Shown: positions 1-13,523 of the stretch, in pieces
Layout: each line of letters starts with the position of its first letter
Numbering within the stretch: the stretch's first letter is position 1
Assembly: GCF_048593235.1 (NCBI RefSeq)
Contig: NC_133623.1
Location: 51,736,066-51,800,065, forward strand
Length of the DNA stretch: 64,000 nt
DNA from: Sminthopsis crassicaudata
Lineage: Eukaryota
Reading direction: 5' to 3'
Program-made: the position numbers and the translations under genes
The notes under the pieces: generated by a model
Databases searched by the model: none
Seen by the model: the letters and a program-made list of their open reading frames with translations, nothing else
What the model was told of the DNA's origin: nothing

Positions 1-2499
1 AATGATTATTTGGTAAACTGAGCCTGTAGGTAAATACACCCCTGGGCCTTAATTTCTTATTGTCTTTCTTTCTCACTGGTCTTAAACCACTAAAGTTTGA
101 TGGTTCCTTTCCATCCCGATGGGAGGTATTTCTGTGATGTAGGGTAAATATAAGCAGAGAGATTAGGATTTCCTGGGGGGGGGGTCAGAAATCTGTAGTA
201 GGAAGATAAGTAAATGTGAAGTCAGAGGTCCTGAGTTCAAATTTCAATTTTGCCATTTGCTACATTGATCAAGGGCTAGTCATTTCCCTTCTCTGGGCCT
301 CAGTTTCCCCTTCTATAAATTGAAGAGGGTTAGACTTAATGGCCTCTGAGGTCCCTTCCAGCTCTATAGTCCATCCAGAGTGAAGCCTTCCTGTTGTTAT
401 CATAGAGGTAGACAAGTAGGTTACCCAGAAGCTCCTTGCATCACACGGCTTTTTCCTAAACCTTTGGCCCAAGGGTGTTCATTCCATTCTTAAGGCAAAG
501 GAATATAAATGTCCTTAGCTGTTTTCTACTTTTCCCATTCTCCCAACATTTGTCTGCATGTGTAACTGGCGTTGTCCAACGTCCACGTATCTTGCATTGG
601 CAAGGCAGGCCACTGTTTTCTTTTGAGAAGTCGTAGTCTCCTTTGTGTAGGTCATTACTGGTTGGCTCTCTACCTTGTTCCTTTTCTACTCAAATCAATT
701 AGCTGTTTTTAGAAAGGATTTGACTAGAGTCCTTCCTGGCTATTCAGAGCCCTGAGTTTGTTAAAGAAGGTGGAGGGGGAAGGGAGAGGAGAAAAAAGGG
801 TAAAGAGGGGGAGAAGGAAGAGGGAAAGCCTTTTTTGGGGGGGACTTCTGGGGGTGTAGTTTAGAATGGATTGTTCCTTGCCAGGTCCTTCATTTAGTTT
901 GAGGAGTACATCTGGTACCCATTTTCTAGACTATAAGGCCCCCAGCATAGATTAAAGAAAAGGCATTTTTTTGAATGCCCATCTTTCCCAAGTCATCATG
1001 GGCATTTGATAAATTAAGAGTTGCCCATCATTTTAAAACTGTGAAATTATATACTATATCATTTGAATAAAAAAGCAAGAAAATGGGAAAATAAATGTTA
1101 GAAATATGAAAACACAACAAATTTACTCCTCTTAAGCCTAAAATGTTTAAAATCCTTGATGGTGAAGTCTATCAATTTATTGATTTTTTAAAAAATCAAC
1201 CTGTTAATGAACATTAATATATCTAAAATTAGAGCTGGGAGGGAACTTCAATCCCCTCATTTTACAGAGCTGGAAACTGAAACTTAGAAAGGAAGCCAGT
1301 CTTGTGGTGAGAGAAAAGACTCCCAACAGCAGGAGTAAGGAGAGATTTAGGGTTTGAATCCTATTTCTGATTCTCAATAGCTGTGTGACTATGGGCAAGT
1401 CACTTGTGCCTCATTTGGCTCATCTCCAAAATGGGCATATGATAATCCATGGACAGTTTCCATGCTACTAACAATATTAAGCCCTTTCTTCCTGCCTTGC
1501 AGTCTCCTTGGAGCAATAGAAGGGTTTAGATGGGAGTTGAGACTTAGACTTATAGATTTACTGATGGATGGGAAAGTTCTCCATAATTTATAATGTCCCT
1601 TATTGAAAGGATTTTGCAAACCTGAGAGATCCCATAGTATCCAATGAACCAAACTAGTCCTTGCCCTCAATATCTCACTGAGTTATTGCCTTGAAATGTT
1701 ACCAGGGAGCTGGAAGCTTGTCTCTCAACATTTTTCCTCCCTAGTAGGATTAAAATGTATAAAGCAGATACCAGGCCTGTTTTGTTACTATACTTTAATG
1801 ATACTTTTTTTTTTAACAGTTTTGTCCTGAAATAGAACTGTTTCTGTGCTCTGATTACTCTGATACCTAGTATTTCTACACGGGGATTACACATTCTGTA
1901 CTTCATTTTTTCTCTACCCCCTTTCCTTTTAAGCTCTCTCTGCTTCTTTAGGTTTTGGGCATTTACAAAAGCCTGTAAAAATCAGCTTTTCCTTTGATGC
2001 TCAGAGATCTCTGATTAGGTGTGTGTCTTTTGCCTTTGTCCTGAATCCTGAGGAGATCACACTTCCCCTTTCCCCCCATAATCACTTTCCAGGACACTTA
2101 AGCCCTCATTGCCCCTGTCTCTCATCAAATTACACTAAAAAATCTCCCTTAGAAAAACAAAGTGGGAGGTCTCTGGCTTTAGCTCTGCACCTATATTTTG
2201 GTTGTTTTTGTTAAAAGTCCACCTGCTTTGCAACTGGCTTTTGTAATTCATAGTAGGTGTGAAAGTCAGGTTACCTGGTACCTAGATACTCTCCCTTAGC
2301 TGCAGTTGTTGGAGCCTTTGCCTTTTTTTTTTTTTAACCCTCTCCTGACTTCTTTATCTCCAGAAAGTTCTTCTAGATATTTCTTTTCTCCCCACCTGTA
2401 TGTCTCCTGATCCCCCTATATATATAAAATAGATAGCAGACACCTTCTCCTGAAGGGAAAAAGATGGGATTTCCATTTTGGGAGGATTTTGGCCAAACA

Positions 2500-3055
2500 T
2501 AGACACTTATTAAAGGTTTAATATATTTCAGGCATTGTGCCTTTAAATACTGTGGATAAAGAGCAAAAATGAAAGCAGCCCTTACCCTCAAGAAGCTTAC
2601 ATTTTAATTGGGGAGACAATATATGCATAATCCAGTACGCAATAAGACACAATCGTAGAAGGAATGGTACCTTGGGATGGCAGACACACCAGAAATGGCC
2701 TGCTGTTTTTGGCTGTGACTTTCCAAGAATTCTGGGAGACTCAAGTCAGGAGGGAGAGCTGGTGCAAAGACTTGGAGACTAGAGATACAGGGCCATGCAT
2801 GAGGAACAGCAAGGAGTGCTAGTATGATTGGAAGGCAGAGAATGGACAACTGTGTAAGGAAGTTGAAAGGCTAGAAAGGGGGCCAGATGGAAAGCTTTGA
2901 CTGCCAACCAGAGTATTTTCCATTTGTTCCTCCAGCTAAAAGGGAGCCAGTGAAGTTTATTAACTGGGGAACGGGGTAAATGGGGAGTGACATATCCAGT
3001 CCTGTGCTTTTAGGAATAACATTTTGGCAGCTGAATGGAAGGTGGTTGGAATCGA
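2500..3055 (-). mobile_element. L2 LINE 3' fragment
   Basis: Purine-rich L2 antisense pattern (CTCAAGAAGCTTACATTT..GGAGACAA..TTTTAGGAATAACATTTTGGCAGCTG); boundaries approximate. Confidence 0.65.
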
Positions 3056-3154
3056 AAGACTTGGGCTAAGGATCTAGTTAGAATCTGCAGTCTCGGGCGT
3101 ACAAGAGTTGGAGCCAGAATCCCCAGTAACATCCATTTGGTTCATTTCTCCCAG

Positions 3155-3287
3155 GATCGAGCTCATCGCATTGGTCAGAAGAAGCCAGTACGGGTATTCC
3201 GGCTTATTACCGACAACACTGTTGAAGACAGGATTGTAGAAAGAGCAGAGGTCAAACTGAGACTTGACTCTATTGTTATACAGCAAG
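3155..3287 (+). CDS. SMARCA1: SMARCA1 exon, helicase motif VI ([45 protein letters not shown])
   Basis: Acceptor tttctcccag|GAT, donor CAAG|gtatca; 133 nt, ends phase 1; SNF2 motif DRAHRIGQ. Confidence 0.97.
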
Positions 3288-4121
3288 GTATCAAATGCTT
3301 TTCCATAATATTCATAAATGCGTGTGAGTATGTATATACATATGGACAGATATGTATAAATATGCGTCTATAAATATCCATCTAATTCCTTAGTTGGTTC
3401 TTGGGGAAAATTTGCTATTTCGAGGCCTTTACTTTTGAGATGTCTTTTTTGATAAGATTGGTCAGAGCCTAAAAAAGAGGGCCAGTTTTAGTGATGAAAT
3501 AAAAGGATCCAATTTGAAAACATAATTATTTCAAAGCTGTCTTATCTGTCCATGACTTAATATGCAGTTTGTATATTTGAACCTCAGCTAACCTGATAGT
3601 GGTTTATTTATAATAGCGTGTAATTTGGAACACCTGGTTTCCAGGGCACAGAATGTTCTGTTGTTTTTCCTGTGAACAGTTATAAGGGAGTGCCTGCTCT
3701 TAGAGGAAATTCTGAACCCCCTAAATGATACCAGTCTAGATTTTAAAAGAATTTTAGACAAAGAACGTCGTGTCAGAGTGGAAAACGTGGCAGAAAAGAT
3801 AGCTTTGAAGAAAACTTAGACCCAGATGACTTTCTAAACTTCCCAAACTATACTGGTGATTTAAATGTGATAGCTTGATTGAGAGACGGAACGTGGGTGG
3901 ATAGAGGGTTCTCATTGAAGACAGAGAAGGCCTGTCTGTTCCGGCTTTGTGAGTATGGGTAAGTCACCTAACCTCCTGACGCTTCCGAAGACTCTTGAAG
4001 TCTAGAAGTAACTCTTGCTGTCTGATGCAGGTACAAGACACACAGTGAGTCTGCCCCAAAGAAACAAAAACACCCAAACTCTTTCTCATTTAAAGACCAT
4101 TATTTTTACTTTTAATAACAG

Positions 4122-4270
4122 GGAGGCTCCTTGATCAACAGTCCAACAAGTTGGCAAAAGATGAAATGCTGCAGATGATACGCCATGGAGCCACTGAAGT
4201 TTTTGCTTCCAAGGATAGTGAATTGACAGAGGAAGACATCACAAGTATTTTAGAGAGAGGAGAAAAGAAG
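4122..4270 (+). CDS. SMARCA1: SMARCA1 exon, NegC region ([49 protein letters not shown])
   Basis: Acceptor tttaataacag|GG, donor AAG|gttggt; 149 nt, phase 1 to 0; not in the ORF track. Confidence 0.96.
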
Positions 4271-4480
4271 GTTGGTTAAAGTAGAATTTAAAAATAGAAC
4301 TTTGCATCTTAATTATGCTCTTTTTATGTTTATCATGAGAAATTGGAGTTTATTTTAGTCAGGGGCAATTTGCTTTGCTCTTCATGGGAGGAGGGAATAA
4401 AAGCTCAAAATGCCTTTTGAAAAAAGTTGGAACTTGATGTACTTCCAAGCCAATTCATTCTTGTCAAGTACATATTTTAG

Positions 4481-4765
4481 GGCCGGTCTGCCTTCTACTG
4501 AGGGAGGCCGAGGCTGGCGGGCCGCTTGAACTCTGTAGTTCTGGGAAACAATAGGGTTTCTGAGGCCCATTAGGCATCTGTCTTAAGCTTTGCACCAGTT
4601 TGGGGAGCCTCCTGGGAACTGAGGCGGAGAAGCAGAAGCGACCCAGTATAGGTTGGGAAAAGGAGAAGGACAAAGCTTCCATGGTGGTCAACAATGGGTT
4701 CAATCACCAGTGGCTGCTTCGTGTCCAGCCAGGATTATATAGGGAAATCTGGTCTCCACCAAAAA
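4481..4765 (+). pseudogene. Degenerate 7SL (SRP) RNA-derived element
   Basis: CTACTGAGGGAGGCCGAGGCTGGCGGGCCGCTTGAACTCTGTAGTTCTGGG parallels 7SL CTACTCGGGAGGCTGAGGCTGGAGGATCGCTTGAGTCCAGGAGTTCTGGG; later AGGTTGGGAAAAGGAGAAGGACAAAGCTTCCATG and TCCAGCCAGG..GGTCTC parallel the S domain and 3' end; short A run follows. Confidence 0.8.
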
Positions 4766-5535
4766 TGTATCAACAATTACGTTCCAGACTACAGATTAAA
4801 CTAATTGTATTGCTCCTTTTTCTTTTTATGTCACAGTTGTTCCATCGTTTCTTCCTGTCGCTTCCCTGTGCACTTCACACATTTGTGTATTTATCAGGAG
4901 CTTGTTGTTGAAATGGCAGAGGATATTTATATTTACCTAATTTCTACCAGTCTCCATTCTTATATTCCCACTAGTCCGTGTTAGGGAGTCATTCCCAGCA
5001 GTAGCTTGTGTTTCTTAGTTTATTGAATACTGCACTGCCAGCTTCAATCACAACAACTTTTTCAAAATGAGTTTGGGGCACTGGGTCTGGAGTTATACAT
5101 TATTGATAGATTGGAATACTTTGAATTCACAGAATCCCCGAGTTAGAAGGGATTTCAGACCATTCAGTACAGTTCCTATCTAAGCCTGAATCGCTTAGAG
5201 CACCACAGGGGAGCCCATTTCACTCTGGACTAGCTGTTTTTGGAACAAATGTTTTTCGCCGTTCAATATAGTGGGACCCCATACCCCATAGTCTTAGATG
5301 TGTGCCTAGAGGAAATGGGAAAGTACTAAAGAAGTCAAAGATGGGGAAAACAGTTGAACTAGACCATACATACACAGAGGGAATCTTTGTTGCCAGTAAG
5401 ACTATTGAGGGATCAAGTTGGAAGGTGCCTGAATGAAGGGATGGGATGCTACGGTCCCGAGGATGTAGAAAATACAGGATACCCCAGTCCTTATCTCTTT
5501 TACCTGATTCTCTTTTTGTTAAAGTAGGCATTTCT

Positions 5536-5694
5536 TTTTCTTTTCCTTTTTTTTTTTTCCCCCCCTGAGACTGGGGTGAAGTGACTTGCCCAGGGTCACA
5601 CAGGTAGGAAGTGTTGTGTCTGAGGCTAGATTTGAACTCGGGTCCTCCTGAATTCAGGGCTGGTGCTCTATCCACTGCGCCACCTAGCTGCCCC
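5536..5694 (-). mobile_element. WSINE1-type tRNA-derived SINE, young
   Basis: Reverse complement begins GGGGCAGCTAGGTGGCGCAGTGGATAGAGCACCAGCCCTGAATTCAGGAGGACCCGAGTTCAAATC (A/B boxes); poly-A; TSD GTAGGCATTTCT at 5524 and 5698. Confidence 0.9.
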
Positions 5695-5878
5695 GAGGTA
5701 GGCATTTCTACAGATAATCTTGTAGTCATTTGGTTCATCCCCCTAAATCTCAGCCAAATCCAAGAGCAGATTTACTTGTTGATTTTTATATTTTTCCATT
5801 TGTGTTTAATTTTTTTTTTTTGGCTAAAAGCCTTACTTAATTGTTAGACTAATATAGTTTTTACTATCATAATTTTAT

Positions 5879-6211
5879 TTTATTTTATTTAGAATTTTTT
5901 CCCCACAGTACATATGCATGAGTAATTTTTTTTTATAATATTATCCCTTGTATTCATTTTTCCAAATTATCCCCCCTACCTCCACTCCCTCCCCCCATGA
6001 CAGGCAATCCCATACATTTTACATGTGTTACAATATAACCTAGATACAATATATGTGTGTAAATACCATTTTCTTGTTGCACATTAAGTATTAGATTCTG
6101 AAGGTATAAGTAACCTGGGTAGACAGACAGTAGTGCTAACACTTTACATTCGCTTCCCAGTGTTCCTTCTCTGGGTGTAGTTATCTCTGTCCATCATTGA
6201 TCAACTGGAAG
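5879..6211 (-). mobile_element. 5'-truncated young L1 (3' UTR + poly-A)
   Basis: Near-identical copies at 37149 and about 58650; 19-bp TSD TTTACTATCATAATTTTAT at 5860 and 6212. Confidence 0.9.
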
Positions 6212-6659
6212 TTTACTATCATAATTTTATATGTATTAACTGTTATGACATCTTCCATTAAGTTTTGCATAATCTCACGGTATATGTATGGTACCATTGT
6301 ACCATCTTGCCCCACATGTGCTTTCATCTTCTACAAGAATAAACTGATTCAAAGAAAACGGATCGAACAAAGATTCTAATATAAATGTGCAGTCATTTGT
6401 CGCGAGCCGGTGAGAAAGCATCGGTGAAAATAGTGGGGGTCAGTAGTGATTGAGTAATACTTGAGGACAAATAGAATTTCTGTTCAGATTGATATTTGAT
6501 AAAGGGTTATTTTTGTATGGCTTTTGGACATATCCTGTCTTGCAATTGGGCCGGTTTGGACGTTGCAGGTCGAACTGGTGATTATATAAATAGAGTTGGA
6601 AAATGTTGAGAAGATCGAAGAATTAGACCATGTGAACATGCTTTCCCATGTATCTTTAG

Positions 6660-6779
6660 ACTGCAGAAATGAACAAACGACTAGAGAAAATGGAAGAGAG
6701 CTCTCTTAGAAATTTCTCCATGGACACTGAAACAAATTTGTACAACTTCGAAGGTGAAGATTATAGAGAAAAACAAAAG
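6660..6779 (+). CDS. SMARCA1: SMARCA1 exon ([40 protein letters not shown])
   Basis: Acceptor tatctttag|ACT, donor AAG|gtatgt; 120 nt, phase 0. Confidence 0.97.
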
Positions 6780-8214
6780 GTATGTTTGTGGGACCCCAAG
6801 GCTCAGAATTTCACAATTATCTGTTATGAAAATCGATTTCCACTGTCTCTTGCGTTCGTCCCCTTTTCTTTGCTCCTTTGGCCCCCAGCCTGGTTCAGAC
6901 CCTCCTTACTTCATGCTTGGATTGGTTTAATGACCTTCTGAACCATTACGCTTTTCCAGTGTTCTATGGTCCATCTGCACAGCTTCCAAACCTTCTTCCC
7001 GAGACATGGGTCTTATCATTCCCTCTGTTCAAGAAAGTTCAATGGCTACCTCTAGTCTAGGGGGCCAAGGTACAGATTCATCAGACTGATGCTATATAAT
7101 GCCCTCCACCATCACCAGCCAACCCTTCTAGACATTGCATATTTCTTCTTATCCTGTGGGCTTAAATCCTGACAAAATTATTAGCAGCTCCCTGAATTCT
7201 GCCTTTAGTTTCCCATCACCTTGCCTTTGTACCACCTGGCCCCAGTGACTCTAATGCATGTCCTGCTTGCTTTGGTCTCTTAGTTTTTCCTTTCTGTGAA
7301 TACTTAGGCCAAGTGCTGCTGCCTCCGAGAAGCCTCCCTGATCTCCTTATGTCATTAGTCATCTCTCTCTCTCTCTCTCTCTTCAAATTAGCTTGCTTTT
7401 ACTTCTCAGTACTCATTTGTACCCTACAATAGAACATGCTTCTTTTTTTTAATTAAAGCTTTTCATTTTCAAAACGTATGCAAGGATAATTTTCCCCATT
7501 GACCCTTGCAAAACCTTTTGTTCCAATTTCCCCCTCCTTCCCCCTACCCCCTCTCCTAGATGGCAAGTTGTCTAATAGAAGTACATAAGTTTCTCGAGGA
7601 GAAGGACTGCATCATTTTTTTGTCTCGGTACTCTCAGTACCTAACAAAGTGTCTTGTACACATGTCCTCGAAGGACCTGTTCTTTCCTCAGTTCGGGGAC
7701 CCTTCTGCCAATCCAGATCATTGGCTCCCTGACTCAATGGAGAAGCCCTGGGGACTAGGCTGACGCATCCCAGAGCTAAGTGACGGTGCCCCCCAGAATT
7801 ATATAGCCTGTAGCTGATGCCCGATCACACCGCAGGGCTCCCTGATTCCAAGCTCAGCACTCTACCTTTCGGACCCGGTTGCCTCTTTCTGCCTTGTACT
7901 TCCTAAATTCCTCCATCTTTATTTATTGAAGTGAGTTAAATTTACAAGACTGTAAGTTCTTATGGGATCATCAGGTGGTGGCTCTGGGGCTGTTTGGGGA
8001 CCTCATTTTATAGACAAGGAGCTGGGGCACAGGGAGACAAGGTACTTGACTCACAATCATTCATTTTGCTAAGAATTTGGGGTGAGGATTTGAATCCAGG
8101 TCTCTCTGACTCCTACGTCTGTTTGCCTCATCCTAAAATGATCAAGCCAGGCTTTTCATGATTGTGAAATTTGATTGGAACTGAACCTATTATATTTAGT
8201 TAAATCAAAGTAGC

Positions 8215-9080
8215 CATCAGTTATCAAGCGCCTACTATGTGCTGTGTGGTAAAGTCCTAGGGCATGAAGAAAGGCAAAAATCTCATATGTAGTTCAGTTC
8301 ACTCTCTGATAAGAGAGACAATATGCAAATGGCTATATACAAAGAATATATGTCCAGAACGAACTGCAGAGAATCTCAGAGGAAAGGCACTAAGCTTAAT
8401 GAGGACCAGGAAAGGTTTCTTGCAGAAAGCAGGACTTTAGCTGAGACTTGAAGGATACCACGGAAACCGGGAGGCGGAGATGTGGAGGGAGAGAGTTCTA
8501 GGCGTGATGGACAGCCCCAGCAAATACCCAGAGGCAGGAGGTGGAGTGTCTTTTGCAAGGCACAGCCGGGAGGCCAGTGACACAGGATCCCAGAGTACGT
8601 GGAGGGGAGGAAAGTGTAAGAAGACTGGAAAGGTAGGACGGGGTCAGGTTAAGAAAATCTTTCAAAGCTAACCAGAGGATTGTAAGAGGGGCGATTCATT
8701 GACATAGTATGAAACTGGGGGTTTGTTCAGTAGGGGTAGCAGGAGTGGACCTGTGCTGTAGAAAAATCACCTTGGCAGCCGAGAGGAGGGTAGATTGGAG
8801 AGGGGTCGGAGCCCCAGCAGCAGCCTGTTGCAATAGGCTCCAGGTAGGAGGGGATGTGGGCTCACCCTGGGGGGGGGGTGTCAGAGGAGGGGGCTTCCGA
8901 GATGCTCCGGATGGCAAACTGATGGACCTGAGCAACAGATTGGATATGAGGGAGAGAGGGAAGAGGCGAAACTACTCCTGCTTTGGGAGCCTGAATGCAT
9001 GGAGTGATAGGAGAGGCTGGGGAAGTTAGGGGTAAAGGAAATGACTTTGCTTTGGGACTTACTAAGTTTGAGAGATCTCT
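8215..9080 (-). mobile_element. L2 LINE 3' fragment
   Basis: GCGCCTACTATGTGCTGTG start, ..AAAATCACCTTGGCAGC..CAACAGATTGGATATG..AAGTTTGAG; explains ORFs 8376-9029. Confidence 0.75.
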
Positions 9081-11199
9081 GCCTTATTCATATGGCTATA
9101 AAGTGGTCTAGAGGAGTTGGAAGATAGTTTAGTCCAACTATCGTTTTCTAGCTAGACTCGTTCCCAAGATATGGACTTAACAAGAGAAATGCTAAAAGAA
9201 CCGGTGGGTAATTTCTTGTATAATAATGCAGCCCCATATAGTAAAACCCAGGGACAATATCATCAGTGAGACTGGTGCTTATTCAGCCTGGCAACTTTGA
9301 ATCTAAATTTCAAGCCTCATGAATGTTATTTAAAATGTTTTCTTATATTTGTCAATTTTGTTATGAAGCAGAGATTTTTTACCATTTTACTTTACAGCCT
9401 GACCAATAGATTGATGCTGCTCAGTCACTGTCCCTGGCTCTTGACTTGCTGTTGAAATGAAAATCTAGCAATCTTTTAATTGGAGAATTACCCTTGTAAT
9501 GAGCAAAGCTACTTTTTATGTCATTTTTTACTCATTATGGAACTTTTCTGAATTTAAAAATTGTCCCCGGGAGCTTATTGGTACTAAGAAGGTTTTCTAC
9601 TTTTGAGGAAAAAAAATAATTTTGTAAGAAGCTAGATCTGAGTAAAAATATTTGGTTTCATTCCTGGGAAGCAAACATGATTTTTAAGACAGTGCCAGCT
9701 AATTTTAATCTATTTGGTTATTTTATATAAAGTTGCTAATTCTCATAGCAACAAAATTCATTGTAGAGGGATCTATAGCTCTTAACCTGAGCATTTGCTC
9801 ATCATCTCAGTCAAATTGTAAAATTTCAGAAGAAATCATTTGTATACACGATAATAAATAAGCAAGATGTTTTTCTCCAAAGCCTTTTGAGCCATGATTA
9901 CATTGAAACTTTGTGACTTACTTTTTTCTAGCGAGATTCTCAAAATATATGAACTATTCCCCTGAGAACACAAGTGAAACTTGACGGAATATTGCTTAAA
10001 TGCAAACCCTGACAAATAGGAAGTGTGCCGATAGAGTAATGAGATTGATTTTCCCAGGATAGGGTGAGCATATCTTGTATTGGGGAAAAGAATGAGTTCT
10101 CTTGTTGAGACTTAGGTGTGACCGAGCTACCAGAAGAAAGAGGCTAAGAGGTCAGTGCTGAAGATACAGAATCGAGCAAATGTTTCCTAGGGAAGAGAGC
10201 CTTGGTTCTGTAATGAGAACAATGTTCAAATCTTGCCTCTGATGCTTACTGCCTGAGGGCTCTTGTTATCTAGCTTTGTTTCCTCCACTGTAAAATTGGG
10301 GCTTGGAGGTTAGATGGCTTCTGAGGTTCCTTCCAGCTCTAGAGCTGACATTTTTATGTGATTTTCAGCAAGCCCCTTTATTTCCCCAGAACTCAGTTTC
10401 CTTTTCTGTAAAATGTGGCCTCTGCTGTCCCAATGTGTGTGACCTTAGCAAAGTCCTTTTTCCTCCTTGCGCCTCAGTTTCCCTCCCTATAAAAAGAGAT
10501 GGTTGGAGAAGATGGCTTCTAAGTGACCTTCCAACTTTAGATTAGTGATTTTATATGTGGAGATGGTTATTGAATGTATGAGAGTGAAAAAAAAATATAT
10601 ATATATAATATAAATATTTTATTTTTCCAAATACATGCAGAGATAGTCTTTAGTATTCACCTTTCTAAAGCTTTGTGTTCCAAATTTTTCTCCCTCACTT
10701 CACTCTTTCCCAGCCAGCAAGCAATCTGTTACAGGTTAAACATGTGCAATCCTTCTAAACATTATTTTAGTGTATATATAAATATGCATTTGTATTATTT
10801 AAATTTTTTTAATAATAGCTTTTAATTTTTAAAATATAAGAAAAGATAATTTTCGAATTCATCCTTGCAAAACCCTGTGTTCCAAGTTTTTCTCCTTCCT
10901 ACCCTCTCCATCCCTCCCAGACAGCAAGAAATCCAATATATGTTAAACATGTGCAGTGAAAATATATCCATATATATGTGTGTGTGTTTAAAGATTTTTA
11001 TTTTCAAAATATATATATGGATAATTTTCAAGCATTCACCCCTGCAAAACCCTGTGTTCTCATTTTTTCCCTCCCCCTCTCCCCTAGATGACAAGTGATC
11101 CAATATATGTTAAACATTTAGAGAAAGAATAAGAAAAAAACTTGACTTTCAATCTCACAAGTCTGATGGGATAGTAAGAACTGCTAATAAAGAAGGATA

Positions 11200-11248
11200 A
11201 GAGAGACAGAGAGAGAGAGAGAGACAGAGAGAGAGACAGAGAGAGACA
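11200..11248. repeat. (GA)n/(GACA) microsatellite
   Basis: Read directly. Confidence 0.9.
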
Positions 11249-11763
11249 AGAGTGTTAATTTAAAGGAGGAAAGAATTTCGAGAAACATGGGGTGGTTACC
11301 ATTGTTTAATGGGGATAAAGGGACCAAGAATACTTAGACCTGAGAAGCCATCATTGGATTTACCCAGGAGGAAGTTTTTGGTGATTTTAAAATTCTTTTA
11401 ATGGTGGATAGAAGCCAAATTGTTGGGACTCCCAGGAATCCCTTTGTAGGGGCCTTCCAGAAATTTAAGCACAAAGAGATAGTGCTAGAATGCTCCATGC
11501 AAGGGCCAGTTGGGATAAATGGAGACTTTCTTTATAATGAAAAAGACTTGTGCTTTTTTTTTTAATGTTGGGAAGGAGGTGGGAAGGGAGAGGAGCAACC
11601 CAGAGTTCCCCGGACTTCTGACATTTTTGATCAATAATGTAATCCTCTGGTTATTTCCTGTGAGCTTTGTCTATCTTTAGAACCAGATTAAATCTCACCT
11701 TTTGGCTCTAAAGCAAGGCGGCCATCTTCTGTCCATTTCGACAAAATAATTAGAGTATTAATT

Positions 11764-11914
11764 GGGACAGCTAGTTGGCACAATGGATAGAGCACCAACC
11801 CTGAATCAGGAGGACCCGAGTTCAAATCTGGCCTCAGACACTAAACATTTCCTAGCTGTGTGACCCTGGCCAAGTCACTTAATTCTATTGTCTCAGCAAA
11901 AAAAAAAAAAAAAA
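11764..11914 (+). mobile_element. WSINE1-type SINE
   Basis: GGGACAGCTAGTTGGCACAATGGATAGAGCACC..GAGTTCAAATCTGGCCTCAGACAC..poly-A. Confidence 0.85.
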
Positions 11915-11994
11915 TAATAAAGTTAAATGAACAAATGAAAGAAATGAATAAACACTCATGTATGCTGGTGGGGGACAGGTAGATAATACTTAAG

Positions 11995-12220
11995 TAGATA
12001 AGAGTATGGGGCTTGGAATCAGAAAGACTCCTCATTATGAGTTCAGATCTGGCCTGAGATGCTACCTGTGTGATCCCAGGCAAGCTGTTTTATCCTGTTT
12101 GCTTCAGTTTCCTCATTTGTAAAATGAGCTAGAGAAGGAAATTACAAAGCATTTTATGTGAAGAAAACCCCAAATGGAGTCACAGGTTCCAAAATGATTG
12201 AAAAATGAATAAATAACCAC
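11995..12220 (+). mobile_element. MAR1-type CORE-SINE
   Basis: CORE (CAGTTTCCTCATTTGTAAAATG) plus RTE-like tail GAGAAGGAAATTACAAAGC..GAAAACCCCAAATGGAGTCAC; similar minus-strand copies at about 43395-43635, 44980-45102, 45548-45775, 46630-46850. Confidence 0.7.
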
Positions 12221-13254
12221 TGAGTCTGTTGGGTCTCTGGAGACTAAATGACAGAAAAATAAAACGGTTCTCCATGAGCTTCTATTCTGCAGGGAGCTGT
12301 TCACCATTTATAAAACATTGTCAAGTGGGAAAAGACTTGAAAAACCACAGTTTATAGCTGCAGAGGTCAGTGAGATGGCCAGCTATTTGAGGAAGATTAG
12401 AACTTTGCTCAGTGGCAGTAAGGGCCAAGCTGAGAGTGTGGAACCTGAATTTGTAGTGAATCTATACAGTGGCGTGACTTTTCCAGCCTCATTTGTCAGT
12501 CAGTCAATAAGCATTTATTAGGTATCTGCTGTACTCAAAGCACTGTGCTAGGCAAAGCAGCAAAGCAGGATGAGTGGAATATGGGAGTGAACAGCCCAGA
12601 GGTAGTTTTAGCACAAGGAAGCAAGGCACTGGTGGGCGTAGAGTTGAATTGGATAACTGTAGAATCAAAATTTCGAAGGGAGTAAAGTGAGGCTAGAATA
12701 GAGTTGCTGATCTGGGAAGAGAGATCGAGAGGTCGTCCAAATGAGGTGGTATGATGTAATGTGCCGGATTCATTGTCCTGATTTAGGGGCAGGAAGAGTT
12801 GAGTTTGAATCTTGCCCTTAAAACTAGCTGTGGGCCAGTGGCCAAGTCACTTTATCCCTCTGACTTTTTTTCCCTCATTTATAAAAAGAAGAAGATCAGA
12901 GTTATTGTGAAGCTCCCAAGAGATAATGTTTATAAGCAATGGGTAAACCTTAGAGCGTTTCATAAAGGCCTAATCACTTAATGGCTGCTTGCCTCAGTTT
13001 TCTTATCTCTAAAATGGGAATAATAATAGTGCCTACTTCCCAGGAAGCATCAAATGATTATAATTGTAAAGTGCTTAGCACTTAGTAAGTATTATACAAA
13101 TCTTGGCTATTATTATTGTTGATAATAACAACTACTGCTTAGAGCAAAGATGAAGAATACTTTTAGGAGTGAAGAGGAGGTAGAGATGGAAGAATAGTGG
13201 GGCAAAAAGAAAAAGGAATTCCAGCATTTAAGTCTATGGAGAAAAAGACCCTAG

Positions 13255-13415
13255 CTTCTAGAATAAGAACTTAGCATTTGATAAAAATTGCTGGGAAAAT
13301 TGGAAATTAGGCTTTGACCCAAACCTAACACCCTATACCAAGAAAAGCTCAAATTAGGTTCATGATTTAGATAAAAAGAATGGATAATATAAACAAATTA
13401 GAAGAACAAAGCATA
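13255..13415 (+). mobile_element. L1 ORF2 C-terminal fragment
   Basis: 13277-13309 encodes FDKNCWENWKL, followed by a DP.LTPYTK-like and VHDLD-like segment. Confidence 0.75.
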
Positions 13416-13523
13416 GGAGGGGAGAATAGTTGTGAGTGATAGTTGGTCTAAGATAATATCATCCCTGTGGATGATCTTAATAGAGGCAAGTTGATAGCTT
13501 GGGAGTTGAGGAAGTTGGGTGAC

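Noticed and set aside
5220-5847. Recurrent ORFs with GQLGGAVDRAPALNSGGPEFKS (also 18924-19277, 20399-20593)
   Set aside because: Translations of WSINE1 copies, not genes.
5954-6142. Recurrent ORF MLALLS(V/I)YPGYL.. (also 58704-58913)
   Set aside because: L1 3' UTR copies.
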